Part shown: in pieces, positions 1 through 9,701 of the stretch
How positions within the stretch are numbered: the stretch's first letter is position 1
Layout: each line of letters begins with the position of its first letter
IMG/VR virus record: IMGVR_UViG_3300044732_001058
Reading direction: 5' to 3' (one strand)
DNA: 20,000 nucleotides
Source of the DNA: an uncultured virus (IMG/VR IMGVR_UViG_3300044732_001058)
Taxonomy: Duplodnaviria; Heunggongvirae; Uroviricota; Caudoviricetes
Notes under the pieces: model-generated
Database searches by the model: none
The model's input: only the letters and a program-made list of their open reading frames with translations
What the model was told of the DNA's origin: nothing
Position numbers and translations under genes: made by a program

Positions 1-808
1 CTACAGAATCGACTTCATAAAACTCAGCTTCTTCTGTTTCTATTTCTTGTTTTTCGTTTTCAATTTCTATAGCAGATGTTCCATCATCAATTACTACGCC
101 TTTAACATCAGCAGCAGGATTGCTTGTGAATCCGATACCTAAAGGATAAATACGTCCAGTAACCAAACGATATACTGGAGTTCCATCGTTCATATATCCA
201 GATCCATCAAAGCCTTTTAAATATTTCTTGAATTCATCTATTTGTTCTTTTTTAGTGATAATCTCCGCTTGCTTCAAATCTAAACTTCCAACTGCAATAT
301 AATACTCATTAAATCCTATCTCCCAACTTGCACTAATTTTTTCATATAATGCGGAATCAGGATCGTTAGAATCCATTAATGCGTCTGCGAAATCGCGATC
401 AACTGTTTTATAAATTACAGCGGCCAAAGCAATATTAAATGGACTAAGACTTCCTCTTACATCTTCGTCAGATAATATTTTATTTTCTCCATAAGAAGAA
501 AACGCTGAATTAACAATATGCCCAACTACTCTTTTTTTGTTATGCTCAATATTTGTTGGCTTATGAATGAAATAATTTTTAAACGCAATAGCTGTATTCG
601 TATCAATACCATCACCATTTTTATTAAAACGATTTACAAGAGCCGCATTAAATGCGGCCCCAACTAAATCGACATTCTTTTCTAAATTAACTGAAGAAGG
701 TATAATTGACTTAAGCGGTTCCAATGAAGCTTGCGACAACAAAACATTGCTATCGAAATTTAACGAAGCCGTAACTATGTTGTCAAATTTAGTTCTATAA
801 AGGAACAT
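1..808 (-). CDS. Prohead (capsid maturation) protease, probably with an acidic scaffold extension; 3' end runs off the window
   Basis: Not in the ORF track. Manual translation from ATG at 808 stays open to base 1: MFLYRTKFDNIVTASL...NRFNKNGDGID...HKPTNIEHNKKRVVGHI...KISASWEIGF...GIGFTSNPAADV...EIENEKQEIETEEAEF. The His, Ser and NPA motifs resemble HK97/assemblin-fold prohead proteases. It lies directly downstream of the portal. Confidence 0.75.
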   Translation of the reverse strand, partial: MFLYRTKFDNIVTASLNFDSNVLLSQASLEPLKSIIPSSVNLEKNVDLVGAAFNAALVNRFNKNGDGIDTNTAIAFKNYFIHKPTNIEHNKKRVVGHIVNSAFSSYGENKILSDEDVRGSLSPFNIALAAVIYKTVDRDFADALMDSNDPDSALYEKISASWEIGFNEYYIAVGSLDLKQAEIITKKEQIDEFKKYLKGFDGSGYMNDGTPVYRLVTGRIYPLGIGFTSNPAADVKGVVIDDGTSAIEIENEKQEIETEEAEFYEVDSV

Positions 809-819
809 ATATTTACATT

Positions 820-2856
820 TTACACGGAATACTTAGTACTGTGATATAAAAGTGCTGCTGCATATGTGTCTAAATCATGTTCGCCAGCAGTAGTTTGTAT
901 CTCACTTAATATGTTTAGCTTGTCTAATTTATTTGGATCGTTTAGAACTTCTGTAGCTAAAGAAGTCCAAGATTCACATTGAGATCCTAATATGATTGCT
1001 TCAGAAATGCCTTGTGCTAATTTATTCTGTTCAGCGTTTAAAGATTTTTTAGAATATTTCTTTTTCAAACCTAATTCTACAATAGAATACAAATCTTTTG
1101 TTTTGTCCATGACTTTAGCGATTGCCTCTTTTGCATAAACAGAAGCGTTAGATCCGACAGGACGACCTTTTTCAGTTGGAGTTGTTGTCTTTTTGATTGC
1201 GGATTTAATTCCTGAAACTTCAGGCGTTGGAGGAGCGATAACAGGAACGCCGCCAACAATTGGGTTATAATATCCCTTCTTTCTTTCTTCTACAAACTTA
1301 GCTTGAGCAGTGCCTAACTCTTCTTTAGTTGGATAAATACCAGTTTCAATTACTCTCAACCCTTCTTCTGGAGGCAGTATTCCTAGTTCCATCATGCGCG
1401 TGACCACGCGATTAAATTGAGTCTCGTCTTTAATAGACACCTCTTCAAACTTAGCGATAGGGCATTTACCTTTAAATCCCAAGTTGCGAAAAATCAATTC
1501 CATTTCAGGCTGTAGAAAATCATTCAAGAAAGCTTTTCTAGCTTCTTTTAATCTTTCAAAAAATACTTGAGCTTTGACAGTTGTATTCGCAAACTTTTCT
1601 GAACCGATAAGAATGTTCTGCAATCCTTCTTTAATGTCCTCATTAACGACTTTATACTTTTCATATCCTAAAACTTTATTCATATCTGGGATAATGAACT
1701 CAGCTTTTGTTGTATAATCTGCAACAAGAACGCGACCAACAGATTGATTGCTCAAAAGATTTTGCATCGCTTTTATATTCTTGTGATTAATACCTCCTTT
1801 AGCTGGTTCGCTACCCATAGTTATCAATAGAATAACATTCTCAATTGTGCGGCAAATAGCTTGATCAATCTTTTTCATTTCCATCTTGAAATTGATATCA
1901 TCAAGAACGGCGAAACCAAAAGGTATAGCAAAAGGTTCGTAATCTTGCTTCTTATAAAAAGAATAAATAATATCTGTAGGATTCAATTGAATTTTAAGCC
2001 CATCTCTTGCCCATTGACCCAATCTGATTTTTTCTTTTGTATCGTTGTCTAAACTATCGAATACAACTTTATCGTGATCGTTTTTAGGCGATCTAAGTCT
2101 TTCTAATTCGTATTCAGAAAGTATTTTTTGATAAACAATTTGATGCCAAGAACTTGTGTGATTTGTTGTTAAATAATATGGATTGAGCAGTGTGTATTGA
2201 ACTGGAATTAAATTCTTTACGTCGTATGGCGTAGGATAATTATACAATTTAATATCTGTATTATAAGACGCTCCATCATATGAAGCGTATGTTTCTAGAA
2301 TTTTTTGAAAATCGTCGATATTAAATTTAGCATTTATCTTGTAAAAGAAAACATTACCACTGCGATAATACTCGCGGAAGTATTGATCTTTAACATTCCA
2401 CATCCTTGTATACTTCATCCATTTTGAGAAAAAGTCTTTTGATTTTTGACTTCCACCTTCTAAATATATTTCAGCATTAGCAAATTCAGACATAATATCA
2501 ACAGCATTTCTAAAAATAGCTATATTTGCATAAGCTTTCTGGCATAATTCTATAGCGTCACGAATATTATATCCGTTAATAGAAGTTTCGAATGGCAACA
2601 TTCCTTCTCTAATGTTTCCGTATTTATAAATCTTTGGTCCTACATAAGCCAAATTTCTACGTAAATTAGTAGACTCGCCTCCTCCACTTCTTTCATAACT
2701 AGAAGCTTTAGCCTCTTGTTGATAGAATGGATCACCAACTAAAGAAGGTTCAGAAGCATTATCTCTTAACATAGCGTCAAGCGGCTCAGACTGCCCCTCT
2801 TGAGCTTTAGAGAATTTGCCCCAATAATCTGATCTTTTATTATATTTGCGACTCAT
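820..2856 (-). CDS. Putative phage portal protein (678 aa)
   Basis: Sits between terminase large subunit and prohead protease, the canonical head-gene order. Portal-like segments include AYANIAIFRNAVDIMSEF, FREYYRSGNVFFY and YEPFAIPFGFAVLDDI. Confidence 0.75.
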   Translation of the reverse strand: MSRKYNKRSDYWGKFSKAQEGQSEPLDAMLRDNASEPSLVGDPFYQQEAKASSYERSGGGESTNLRRNLAYVGPKIYKYGNIREGMLPFETSINGYNIRDAIELCQKAYANIAIFRNAVDIMSEFANAEIYLEGGSQKSKDFFSKWMKYTRMWNVKDQYFREYYRSGNVFFYKINAKFNIDDFQKILETYASYDGASYNTDIKLYNYPTPYDVKNLIPVQYTLLNPYYLTTNHTSSWHQIVYQKILSEYELERLRSPKNDHDKVVFDSLDNDTKEKIRLGQWARDGLKIQLNPTDIIYSFYKKQDYEPFAIPFGFAVLDDINFKMEMKKIDQAICRTIENVILLITMGSEPAKGGINHKNIKAMQNLLSNQSVGRVLVADYTTKAEFIIPDMNKVLGYEKYKVVNEDIKEGLQNILIGSEKFANTTVKAQVFFERLKEARKAFLNDFLQPEMELIFRNLGFKGKCPIAKFEEVSIKDETQFNRVVTRMMELGILPPEEGLRVIETGIYPTKEELGTAQAKFVEERKKGYYNPIVGGVPVIAPPTPEVSGIKSAIKKTTTPTEKGRPVGSNASVYAKEAIAKVMDKTKDLYSIVELGLKKKYSKKSLNAEQNKLAQGISEAIILGSQCESWTSLATEVLNDPNKLDKLNILSEIQTTAGEHDLDTYAAALLYHSTKYSV

Positions 2857-2867
2857 GTTAATAATAG

Positions 2868-2873
2868 TTACAC
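2868..2873 (-). promoter_or_regulatory. GTGTAA motif upstream of the portal start (also at 820-825 and 8623-8628); candidate phage-sigma promoter element
   Basis: On the minus strand GTGTAA lies 11 nt before the protease ATG, 11 nt before the portal ATG and 13 nt before the phoH ATG. Each is followed by an AT-rich stretch with no Shine-Dalgarno sequence. Confidence 0.45.
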
Positions 2874-2876
2874 ATT

Positions 2877-2893
2877 GTCACTTTAAAAGTGAC
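2877..2893. promoter_or_regulatory. Inverted repeat GTCACTTT-A-AAAGTGAC between terL and portal (operator or hairpin)
   Basis: Perfect 8-bp arms around one base, followed by TTTTT on the plus strand and adjacent to the GTGTAA motif. Confidence 0.45.
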
Positions 2894-2903
2894 TTTTTAG
2901 CTT

Positions 2904-4769
2904 TTAAGCTATGAACATAGGTTCAAAAGTTTCAGTCATATCTTCAACTTGAGTATTATTCATGTCGAAATAAATCTTACACAACCAATTACCTAATACT
3001 AATGCTGAGTAACTATCTTTTCTAGGTTTATCTGGTCCAGACTTACGTTTAAGGTTCGCTGGAAGATCAAAGTTCTGCATACCTTGAGCAGATGTTGTTA
3101 TTTGTATGAGAGCGCATTCTGTTTTAGTTAACAATATCATATCAGTTAAATGTTCTACAAAATCAATCATTTTAGCTTCTTCATTTTCTTTTTCAGTGTC
3201 TAAAGCGTTAGAGAATTTTAAATCTGTAATACCAATACGCTTTTTAGTTTGACTTCTGAAATTATCATCAATAGCTCTACTAGCAAAATATGTACGGCGA
3301 TGATCAAAATTCGCTTGTAACATTTCATTCGCTAATCGTATCCAACCTGAAGTTGGTTTTCTCAAGAAAACGTATTTATAATCTGATCTGTTGTATTCGG
3401 TTTTTGCAGAATATAAATTTTGAGCATATTCTTCGGGTCTTTCAAACTCTGTTACCATTGATTTCAAATTTATTTTAGCATCCTTAAACAATTCGCTTTC
3501 ATTGCAAGAATTCATGAACTGAACGCCGCCGTTATAGTCCATGCAGATCGCTATAATATTAAAGTTCTGCAATAGATATAAGAAATATTTAATATGATCT
3601 TTTAAAGAAGATCCAGAGAGAGCGTAAGAATGAATTAAAGTATTAATTTGCTTTTCTTTATCTATTTTTAAGACTTGAATTGCAAAATCATCTGATGATT
3701 CAGTTTCTGACCAAGAAGGATCTACCGCCAATATATATTCATCTTCTGGATTGCCAACTACCTCAACAGCAGGAAGCTCACCATCAGGAACAGTGCATAA
3801 CGCCATCTTAGATATTTTAAAATAGCCAGAACTATCATCACTAAACTGTGCGCCGAACTCTCGCAAAAACTGCGACTCACTCATTGTCGATTTTGCTTGA
3901 TTAATTAGATTTTGATCGTACAACTGAACTGGAGCGCAGTCATAAGAGAACTGCATAATACAACGCTTAGTCTTTTCTTTGTTTTTAGGGTTAGATATTA
4001 GATTTTCATACTGCTCGTATAATTTATACAAGTATTCAAATTTAAAAGACGCTGAAGATAATGCTATTAATTTATTGTTAGGCCAGATATACCTATCTTC
4101 TTCAGTCATTTCTCCTTTATTAATCAATTGGGTTTCAAGATTATAAAGCTCTTCTCTTTGAGTCGGGTTTTGAACGACGGATAAGAAGGGAATAATGACT
4201 TCGTTATAAATACGTTCAGGCATCAATAAAAACTCATCAATAATAATACGATGAAAACGAAAACCACGAAGCTTTTCGCCATCACCTAATGGCAATGCAC
4301 GAATGCGGCTTTTACCAATCTCCATTACCCATTCATCGTTAGACTTGGATATTTTTGTAATACATTGTTTTAAAAGATAAGCTTCAGGTTTAGCAGCGAT
4401 GTCTTCTATCTTTTTAAATATCATTTTTGACTGACGAAATGATCGGGATAATATACCTGTTTCAACTCCTTGATTTAATATAGCATCAAGTACGGCATAA
4501 ATACCAGTAGTATAAGATTTACTCATACCACGCGACCACACGCCTAAAAAATAATCACTTTCCAACATGCCTTTAATAGCCATGTGTTGAAAAGGAAACA
4601 GTTTGACACCAGTTATTAAATCAGTAGCAAAAGTAGTATTGTTGCGAAGAAATTGATAAAACAATAACTTCGCTTCTCGTTCTTCTATATATCCAGGTAT
4701 CTTCGCTAATTCCTCATTGGAAATTAACTGCGATTTCCTTGGTACTTGGTTGCCAATTTCCCAGCTCAT
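2904..4769 (-). CDS. terL: Terminase large subunit (621 aa)
   Basis: Adenine-binding LFPFQ, Walker A-like WSRGMSKS, LRGFRFHRIIIDE (Walker B), motif III LSSAS, FLREFGAQF, RNase H-like LAVDPS and C-terminal RKDSYSAL. Confidence 0.9.
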   Translation of the reverse strand: MSWEIGNQVPRKSQLISNEELAKIPGYIEEREAKLLFYQFLRNNTTFATDLITGVKLFPFQHMAIKGMLESDYFLGVWSRGMSKSYTTGIYAVLDAILNQGVETGILSRSFRQSKMIFKKIEDIAAKPEAYLLKQCITKISKSNDEWVMEIGKSRIRALPLGDGEKLRGFRFHRIIIDEFLLMPERIYNEVIIPFLSVVQNPTQREELYNLETQLINKGEMTEEDRYIWPNNKLIALSSASFKFEYLYKLYEQYENLISNPKNKEKTKRCIMQFSYDCAPVQLYDQNLINQAKSTMSESQFLREFGAQFSDDSSGYFKISKMALCTVPDGELPAVEVVGNPEDEYILAVDPSWSETESSDDFAIQVLKIDKEKQINTLIHSYALSGSSLKDHIKYFLYLLQNFNIIAICMDYNGGVQFMNSCNESELFKDAKINLKSMVTEFERPEEYAQNLYSAKTEYNRSDYKYVFLRKPTSGWIRLANEMLQANFDHRRTYFASRAIDDNFRSQTKKRIGITDLKFSNALDTEKENEEAKMIDFVEHLTDMILLTKTECALIQITTSAQGMQNFDLPANLKRKSGPDKPRKDSYSALVLGNWLCKIYFDMNNTQVEDMTETFEPMFIA

Positions 4770-5673
4770 TATCTAAAAAATACTGTATATCTACCTGCCA
4801 TACTGACTTACCATGATATAATAATTTTGGTATAATATCTAAAGATTTGTTTCGACTACCAGTGAATATAAATTGTATATGCCTTGGATATTTATGACAT
4901 AAAGAACGCATATTATGAAAAACGTATTCTAAATTTGTTTTTCTATTGTATTTACGCTGATTTATTAATATGCTACTTATACTGCTTTCAATAACCACAA
5001 ACAAATAACAATTCAATTCAACCGCTTTCACCACTTCTTTCTCAAATCTTTCTATTCCAGAAGCCATAGTACCTAGAAAATCAGATTCGCTTTTTCTATC
5101 AACAAATGTATTGGTAAAATATTTTTTATCAGCTATTAGATAATCTCCTACAAATATTTTTTCTATTTTAGACTTAGGAAATTCCAACGCATCTTGTTCT
5201 CTGGTATCAATCAGTATCGGCAAATGAGATGCATCAATTTTATTAAAAGCTTCTGGTAAATTTTTGTTATATAAAGGTTCAATATTTAATAGCTTACATG
5301 CGTTGGTATAAGAACTAAAATACTTCTTATAAATATTTAAACTCGGCAAATCAAGAGTTATCACTTCATTATGAAACGGCGCAAAATGATATTGTTTTTC
5401 ATCTACCCTCTTTTTTAGCAGTTCAATGCATTTTGTTTTAACTGTTTCTTCGTTAGATGCAGCTTCCCACTTCAGAAACTCTGTATAATCAAGAAACTCG
5501 GTTTCAAAATATTGTTTTTTATTTTTAAAAGGTATTTGTTGGCGATAATAAAGAGAGTTTCTCGGATAATACGTGCAATAATACTCCGCTTGATAAAGGT
5601 TATGCTTTTTTAAATGGGCATGAAAAGACTTATCGTTATTAAAAGATTCGCTACAGATTTTACACTGAATCAT
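4714..5673 (-). CDS. C2H2 zinc finger plus ERCC4/XPF-family nuclease domain protein (319 aa)
   Basis: N-terminal CKICSESF...FHAHLKKH. C-terminal IDTREQ...VGDY...VDRKSESDF...FVVIE matches the ERCC4 GDY-x-ERK-x2-D signature, with D in place of E. Confidence 0.75.
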   Translation of the reverse strand: MIQCKICSESFNNDKSFHAHLKKHNLYQAEYYCTYYPRNSLYYRQQIPFKNKKQYFETEFLDYTEFLKWEAASNEETVKTKCIELLKKRVDEKQYHFAPFHNEVITLDLPSLNIYKKYFSSYTNACKLLNIEPLYNKNLPEAFNKIDASHLPILIDTREQDALEFPKSKIEKIFVGDYLIADKKYFTNTFVDRKSESDFLGTMASGIERFEKEVVKAVELNCYLFVVIESSISSILINQRKYNRKTNLEYVFHNMRSLCHKYPRHIQFIFTGSRNKSLDIIPKLLYHGKSVWQVDIQYFLDNELGNWQPSTKEIAVNFQ

Positions 5674-6740
5674 ATAGCATCTTCTTTAGAAATTCCTAAA
5701 ATTCTAGCTTTCCATGAAGACATATTCTCTAAACGATCAGCTTCCTCCTTAATAGTGCGCTTTTGCATATCGGCAATTTGAATCATCATTTTGCGTTCTT
5801 GCTCGTCTTGAAAAAGCTCTACAAGGTTAAGTATAGAAGCGTTCTTCTGATGCGTTTGCTCTACTCTCTTGGACCGTTCGCCATTGAGCTTTTGAATACT
5901 CTTGTCTATACGCCCAGCGCACTGATTGTATTCTTCAGAGATCGTCTTAAGAACCTCAGTTAGACGCATTGTGAAGTCTTTCTGATCTTGCGTCTCATTG
6001 AACATATCATTTATCTTATTTTTCTTAATATCGATCTGTCTTAGATTGATATAGTCCATGCAAACATTAATATACAAATTAATTTCATCAACAGTCAAGT
6101 CAGGCTTATCCCAAACAGAGCGCACGAATTCTGCTTCAAATAATTCTTTATCTATAGAGCTGTTGTATGAGTCATAATTCCCAACGAATCTTGGACTTGA
6201 TAAATAATTTAATAATTTTTCCATCCATTTTCTATGTTGCAAAGATAATTTTTCTTCAGAAATGTTTTGGCCGCACCATTTATTTGCTTTATTGATTACC
6301 GTTCTGATTGATCGCGGAACAGAGTATTTGTCGCCAACTCCAGATTCGTTATCTACAAGATAATCAGGATATTTTTCTTTTATGTATTTTTGAACGGCTC
6401 TATACTCAGGTGTAATAAAAATATTAAAGTTTTCAAGGCCCAGAAATTTTTCATGGAATATTAACTCTGTTACTTGCCTAGGAGTTATTCTTGTTTTAAT
6501 GTTTTGTTCAATAAATTCACAATTTTCTTTTGATAGTATTTCTATTGTTTGTGTGGGCTTTGGCTTTTCTTGTTTTTTAACAAATCCAGTTGTTAAAAGA
6601 AAGTCTCTAACCAGTTTTGCCTCTTTAGATCTACCCGTTAAATCTTCACGATTATAAAGTAGATTAGCGAGGACGACGTAATCTTGAATTCCTTCGTTAA
6701 TCTTCTTTAATATAAATGCTTTATTTTCGTCTGTTAACAT
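5670..6740 (-). CDS. Hypothetical protein (356 aa) with helical/coiled-coil C-terminus; possible terminase small subunit-like packaging protein
   Basis: Long ORF that overlaps its downstream neighbour by 4 nt, two genes upstream of terL. The function is a positional guess only. Confidence 0.45.
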   Translation of the reverse strand: MLTDENKAFILKKINEGIQDYVVLANLLYNREDLTGRSKEAKLVRDFLLTTGFVKKQEKPKPTQTIEILSKENCEFIEQNIKTRITPRQVTELIFHEKFLGLENFNIFITPEYRAVQKYIKEKYPDYLVDNESGVGDKYSVPRSIRTVINKANKWCGQNISEEKLSLQHRKWMEKLLNYLSSPRFVGNYDSYNSSIDKELFEAEFVRSVWDKPDLTVDEINLYINVCMDYINLRQIDIKKNKINDMFNETQDQKDFTMRLTEVLKTISEEYNQCAGRIDKSIQKLNGERSKRVEQTHQKNASILNLVELFQDEQERKMMIQIADMQKRTIKEEADRLENMSSWKARILGISKEDAI

Positions 6741-6741
6741 A

Positions 6742-7455
6742 TTAAGATGAGAATATATCGTTTTCTTTTAATAACAATTGAGCTTTCACATACAACATTT
6801 TTTTTAAATTTTTTATTTGTTTGTAACCAGCTTTTCTTCCTTTTTCGCTTGTTTTAAACTTTAAAACTTGGGCTACTTGATCATCGCTAAGATTGTCTAT
6901 AAAAAACATTTTATAAATAAAGAAATGCTTATCTCCTAAATTGCTTTTCATTAAACCGTGAAGTTTACTTTCAGCATTTTTATAATCGTAACTTATACTT
7001 GATTCACAATTCATAAAATAATTTTTATGATTCTCTAAGCTTACAGTCATCTTGACATCGTAAGCGGATTTTTTTACTTTCTCCCACTTAGCGTATAATG
7101 GGCATTCATTACATTGTTTGCCGCTGGTTGTAAAACCACATGACATTTCTATTCCAGAATCACCTTCTTTATTTTGATTAAATGGACAAGATAAACAAGG
7201 ACGCGCAAAACTTGTATAATTATTTCTTATTATATTTCTAATTTGATTCGTGACTATACGATTCACCCAAGGTTCAATCGCTCGCGATTGATCCCACAGA
7301 TGCCATTTTTTATATATATGAAGTTTGATGACTTGCTCTATATCTTCAAAATCAAACCAAGTAATCGCTTTTAACTTCCATTTATTTCTGCGCTTTTTGA
7401 TTACTTGGTTAATAATCTCATACATGTCTTCAAAATTTTTCTTTTTACGATTCAT
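6742..7455 (-). CDS. Phage RNA polymerase sigma70/ECF-like factor with Cys-rich insert (237 aa)
   Basis: Region 2-like DFEDIEQVIKLHIYKKWHLWDQSRAIEPWVNRIVTNQIRNIIR. Region 4/HTH-like FIYKMFFIDNLSDDQVAQVLKF. A CxxC-x15-C-x8-CxxC segment lies between them. Confidence 0.7.
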   Translation of the reverse strand: MNRKKKNFEDMYEIINQVIKKRRNKWKLKAITWFDFEDIEQVIKLHIYKKWHLWDQSRAIEPWVNRIVTNQIRNIIRNNYTSFARPCLSCPFNQNKEGDSGIEMSCGFTTSGKQCNECPLYAKWEKVKKSAYDVKMTVSLENHKNYFMNCESSISYDYKNAESKLHGLMKSNLGDKHFFIYKMFFIDNLSDDQVAQVLKFKTSEKGRKAGYKQIKNLKKMLYVKAQLLLKENDIFSS

Positions 7456-7849
7456 CTATGTCTTGTATTGGGCGCGAACTACACTCCTTCAACGACTGAC
7501 TTAAAAATTCTTCTTTACTTAGTTTTCTATAATTGGAATTCGGTCTTGAATTAATTCTTTCACTTGGATCGACTGGGGGAGCGTTAAATAAATCTTTTCC
7601 TAAATATTTATTACCTGCTGGTTTTTCTATTTCGTATGAAAGCTTCGATGGTCTAACGAATACAGTGGGAATACCATCTTCATCGACTTCTGTATTTTGT
7701 TTGCGAGAGGTAGATCTCGATTGTAGTGAATTTTGTAAAGTCGGTTTACTGATGTTTGCAAATCCTCCCAAAGAAACCCCACAGTTAGTACAGAATTTAG
7801 AGCCTTGGGCATGTTTTGTTCCGCAACTTGAACAGTAAATATTACTCAT
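7445..7849 (-). CDS. Zinc-ribbon domain protein (134 aa)
   Basis: N-terminal YCSSCG-x7-KFCTNCG double CxxC. It overlaps the sigma factor start. Confidence 0.7.
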   Translation of the reverse strand: MSNIYCSSCGTKHAQGSKFCTNCGVSLGGFANISKPTLQNSLQSRSTSRKQNTEVDEDGIPTVFVRPSKLSYEIEKPAGNKYLGKDLFNAPPVDPSERINSRPNSNYRKLSKEEFLSQSLKECSSRPIQDIDES

Positions 7850-7859
7850 GGTTATTATA

Positions 7860-8609
7860 TCAATGAATGTTTGTTTTATCTAATCTCTTAAGAGAATGAA
7901 CGATGTATTTAAGAATTTCACTACGCATGATATCTTCTTCATTGAATTCAAAACAATAAATACCTCTTTCTTCGCTGTCTTTATTATTAAACAAATCATA
8001 AATTTTCATAAAACCAGATTTGTTTCCGATGTCTGATTGCATAGCGTCTCCGCAGATAAACATTTTAGTATTCTCGCCAATACGAGTGAGAAGAGTAATC
8101 AACTCCTTGCTGCTATAGTTCTGAGATTCGTCTGCAATAATGATCTTCTCGTTCCATGTAGCACCTCTTAAGAAGTTCACAGGCAAAGCCTCTATAATAC
8201 CACTAGTTTCAAGATATTTTGATTGAGACATGGGAATAAGTTCATCCAACTTATCATACAGTGGTATCATAAAAGGATTAAACTTTTCATCTACAGTTCC
8301 AGGCAAAGAACCTAAGCCTCTTTCTCCAGACTCGACGATTGTTCTAATGTATTTGATCTCGTACTTTGAATTCATATTTAACATATGCAATGCACAATAA
8401 ACAGCCAAAAATGTTTTAGAACTTCCGGCAGGTCCATTAATAAAAACAATTTTAGTATTTTTATCAAAAGCTATTTGAGTAAAACTTTTTTGCTTATCCG
8501 TTAAATTAAAATTCTTAATTGTTAATTTAGTCGATTTAAAACTATTATTTGAGATAATGTCGTTCAGATCGTGTTTTTCTTTTTGAATTTTTTTCTTTTT
8601 GATTGACAT
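7860..8609 (-). CDS. phoH: PhoH-family ATPase (249 aa)
   Basis: GPAGSSKT P-loop, LGSLPGTVDEKFNPF, EALPVNFLRGATW, IADESQN, LLTRIGENTKMFICGDAMQSD, EDIMRS. These are classic PhoH motifs, and phoH is a common phage auxiliary gene. Confidence 0.93.
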   Translation of the reverse strand: MSIKKKKIQKEKHDLNDIISNNSFKSTKLTIKNFNLTDKQKSFTQIAFDKNTKIVFINGPAGSSKTFLAVYCALHMLNMNSKYEIKYIRTIVESGERGLGSLPGTVDEKFNPFMIPLYDKLDELIPMSQSKYLETSGIIEALPVNFLRGATWNEKIIIADESQNYSSKELITLLTRIGENTKMFICGDAMQSDIGNKSGFMKIYDLFNNKDSEERGIYCFEFNEEDIMRSEILKYIVHSLKRLDKTNIH

Positions 8610-8636
8610 ACTATAAATAAATTTACACTATTATAT

Positions 8637-9701
8637 ATGGTTTTTCACTGTTTGAGCGTTCCTTACTCGCCTACTAGAAAAGATGTTTCATTATGTGCTT
8701 TTGTGCAAAAGGTTTATAAGTTTTGCGACGAAATGACTAAAAGGGGTCATACTGTTTATCATTATGGTCATGAAAACTCTATTGTTAATTGCACAGAACA
8801 TATTAATGTTACTAATAATGATATATTAATTAATAGCTATGGCAACTTAAATGATTGGAAGATCAAAGGTTTTGATCAAAACGTTAATACAAAAGCGGTT
8901 AATGCGTTTAATGACAATTGTGTTACAGAGTTAAAAAAAAGAATAAAATCAAGTAATGAATTTATATTATGCTGGTTTGGGTTCGCGCATGAACCATGTG
9001 TTAAACACTTTTATGATAAAACTATAGTAGTAGAACCAAGCATAGGTTATGATAGCATGTTCGCGCCAATTAAGATATTTGAAACATATAGTCAAATGCA
9101 TAAAATGCATGGTCATTCTAAAACACATGTTGAATTAGGATGCGAACATATTGTTTATCCCGGCTTTGATCCTGACGACTTCATATACAAAAAAGAAAAA
9201 TCAAATACAGCATTATTTTTAGGCAGGATTATAGAAGAAAAAGGCGCACAGCTTGCTTATGATATCTGCAATCATGTCGGACAAGATATTATATTTGCAG
9301 GGCCAAACATACTGAATCTTAAAGAGACTAAACATTGTAAATTTGCAGGATTCGTTGGTCCTATTGAACGAATGAATTTACTAAGCGATGCGAAATTTTT
9401 ATTTGCTCCTTCGTTGTTTATGGAGCCATGCAATTGGACAGTTATTGAAGCTCAATTTTCAGGAACGCCCACTATTACAACAAATTTCGGCGGCTTTACC
9501 GAAACGGTATTACAAGGAGATACAGGATTAAGATGTTCTACTACTAATGATATGATTTACGCCACTCAAAACATAGATAAACTTATCAATCCTGAAAATT
9601 GTTATAAAAACGCTAACTCAAGATTTACAATTAAACATCAGTGTGATTATTATGAATATATTTTTCGTAACCTATCTTTAACTCAGATAAGTCAGATGTA
9701 A
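8637..9701 (+). CDS. GT4 (group 1) glycosyltransferase (354 aa)
   Basis: KRGHTVYHY, LFLGRIIEEKG, PSLFMEPCNWTVIEAQFSGTPTITTNFGGFTE (EX7E motif). Confidence 0.85.
   Translation: MVFHCLSVPYSPTRKDVSLCAFVQKVYKFCDEMTKRGHTVYHYGHENSIVNCTEHINVTNNDILINSYGNLNDWKIKGFDQNVNTKAVNAFNDNCVTELKKRIKSSNEFILCWFGFAHEPCVKHFYDKTIVVEPSIGYDSMFAPIKIFETYSQMHKMHGHSKTHVELGCEHIVYPGFDPDDFIYKKEKSNTALFLGRIIEEKGAQLAYDICNHVGQDIIFAGPNILNLKETKHCKFAGFVGPIERMNLLSDAKFLFAPSLFMEPCNWTVIEAQFSGTPTITTNFGGFTETVLQGDTGLRCSTTNDMIYATQNIDKLINPENCYKNANSRFTIKHQCDYYEYIFRNLSLTQISQM

Noticed and set aside
2904..4769. Intein or intron in terL
   Set aside because: The ORF is continuous, its length is ordinary, and I saw no intein splice or LAGLIDADG motifs.
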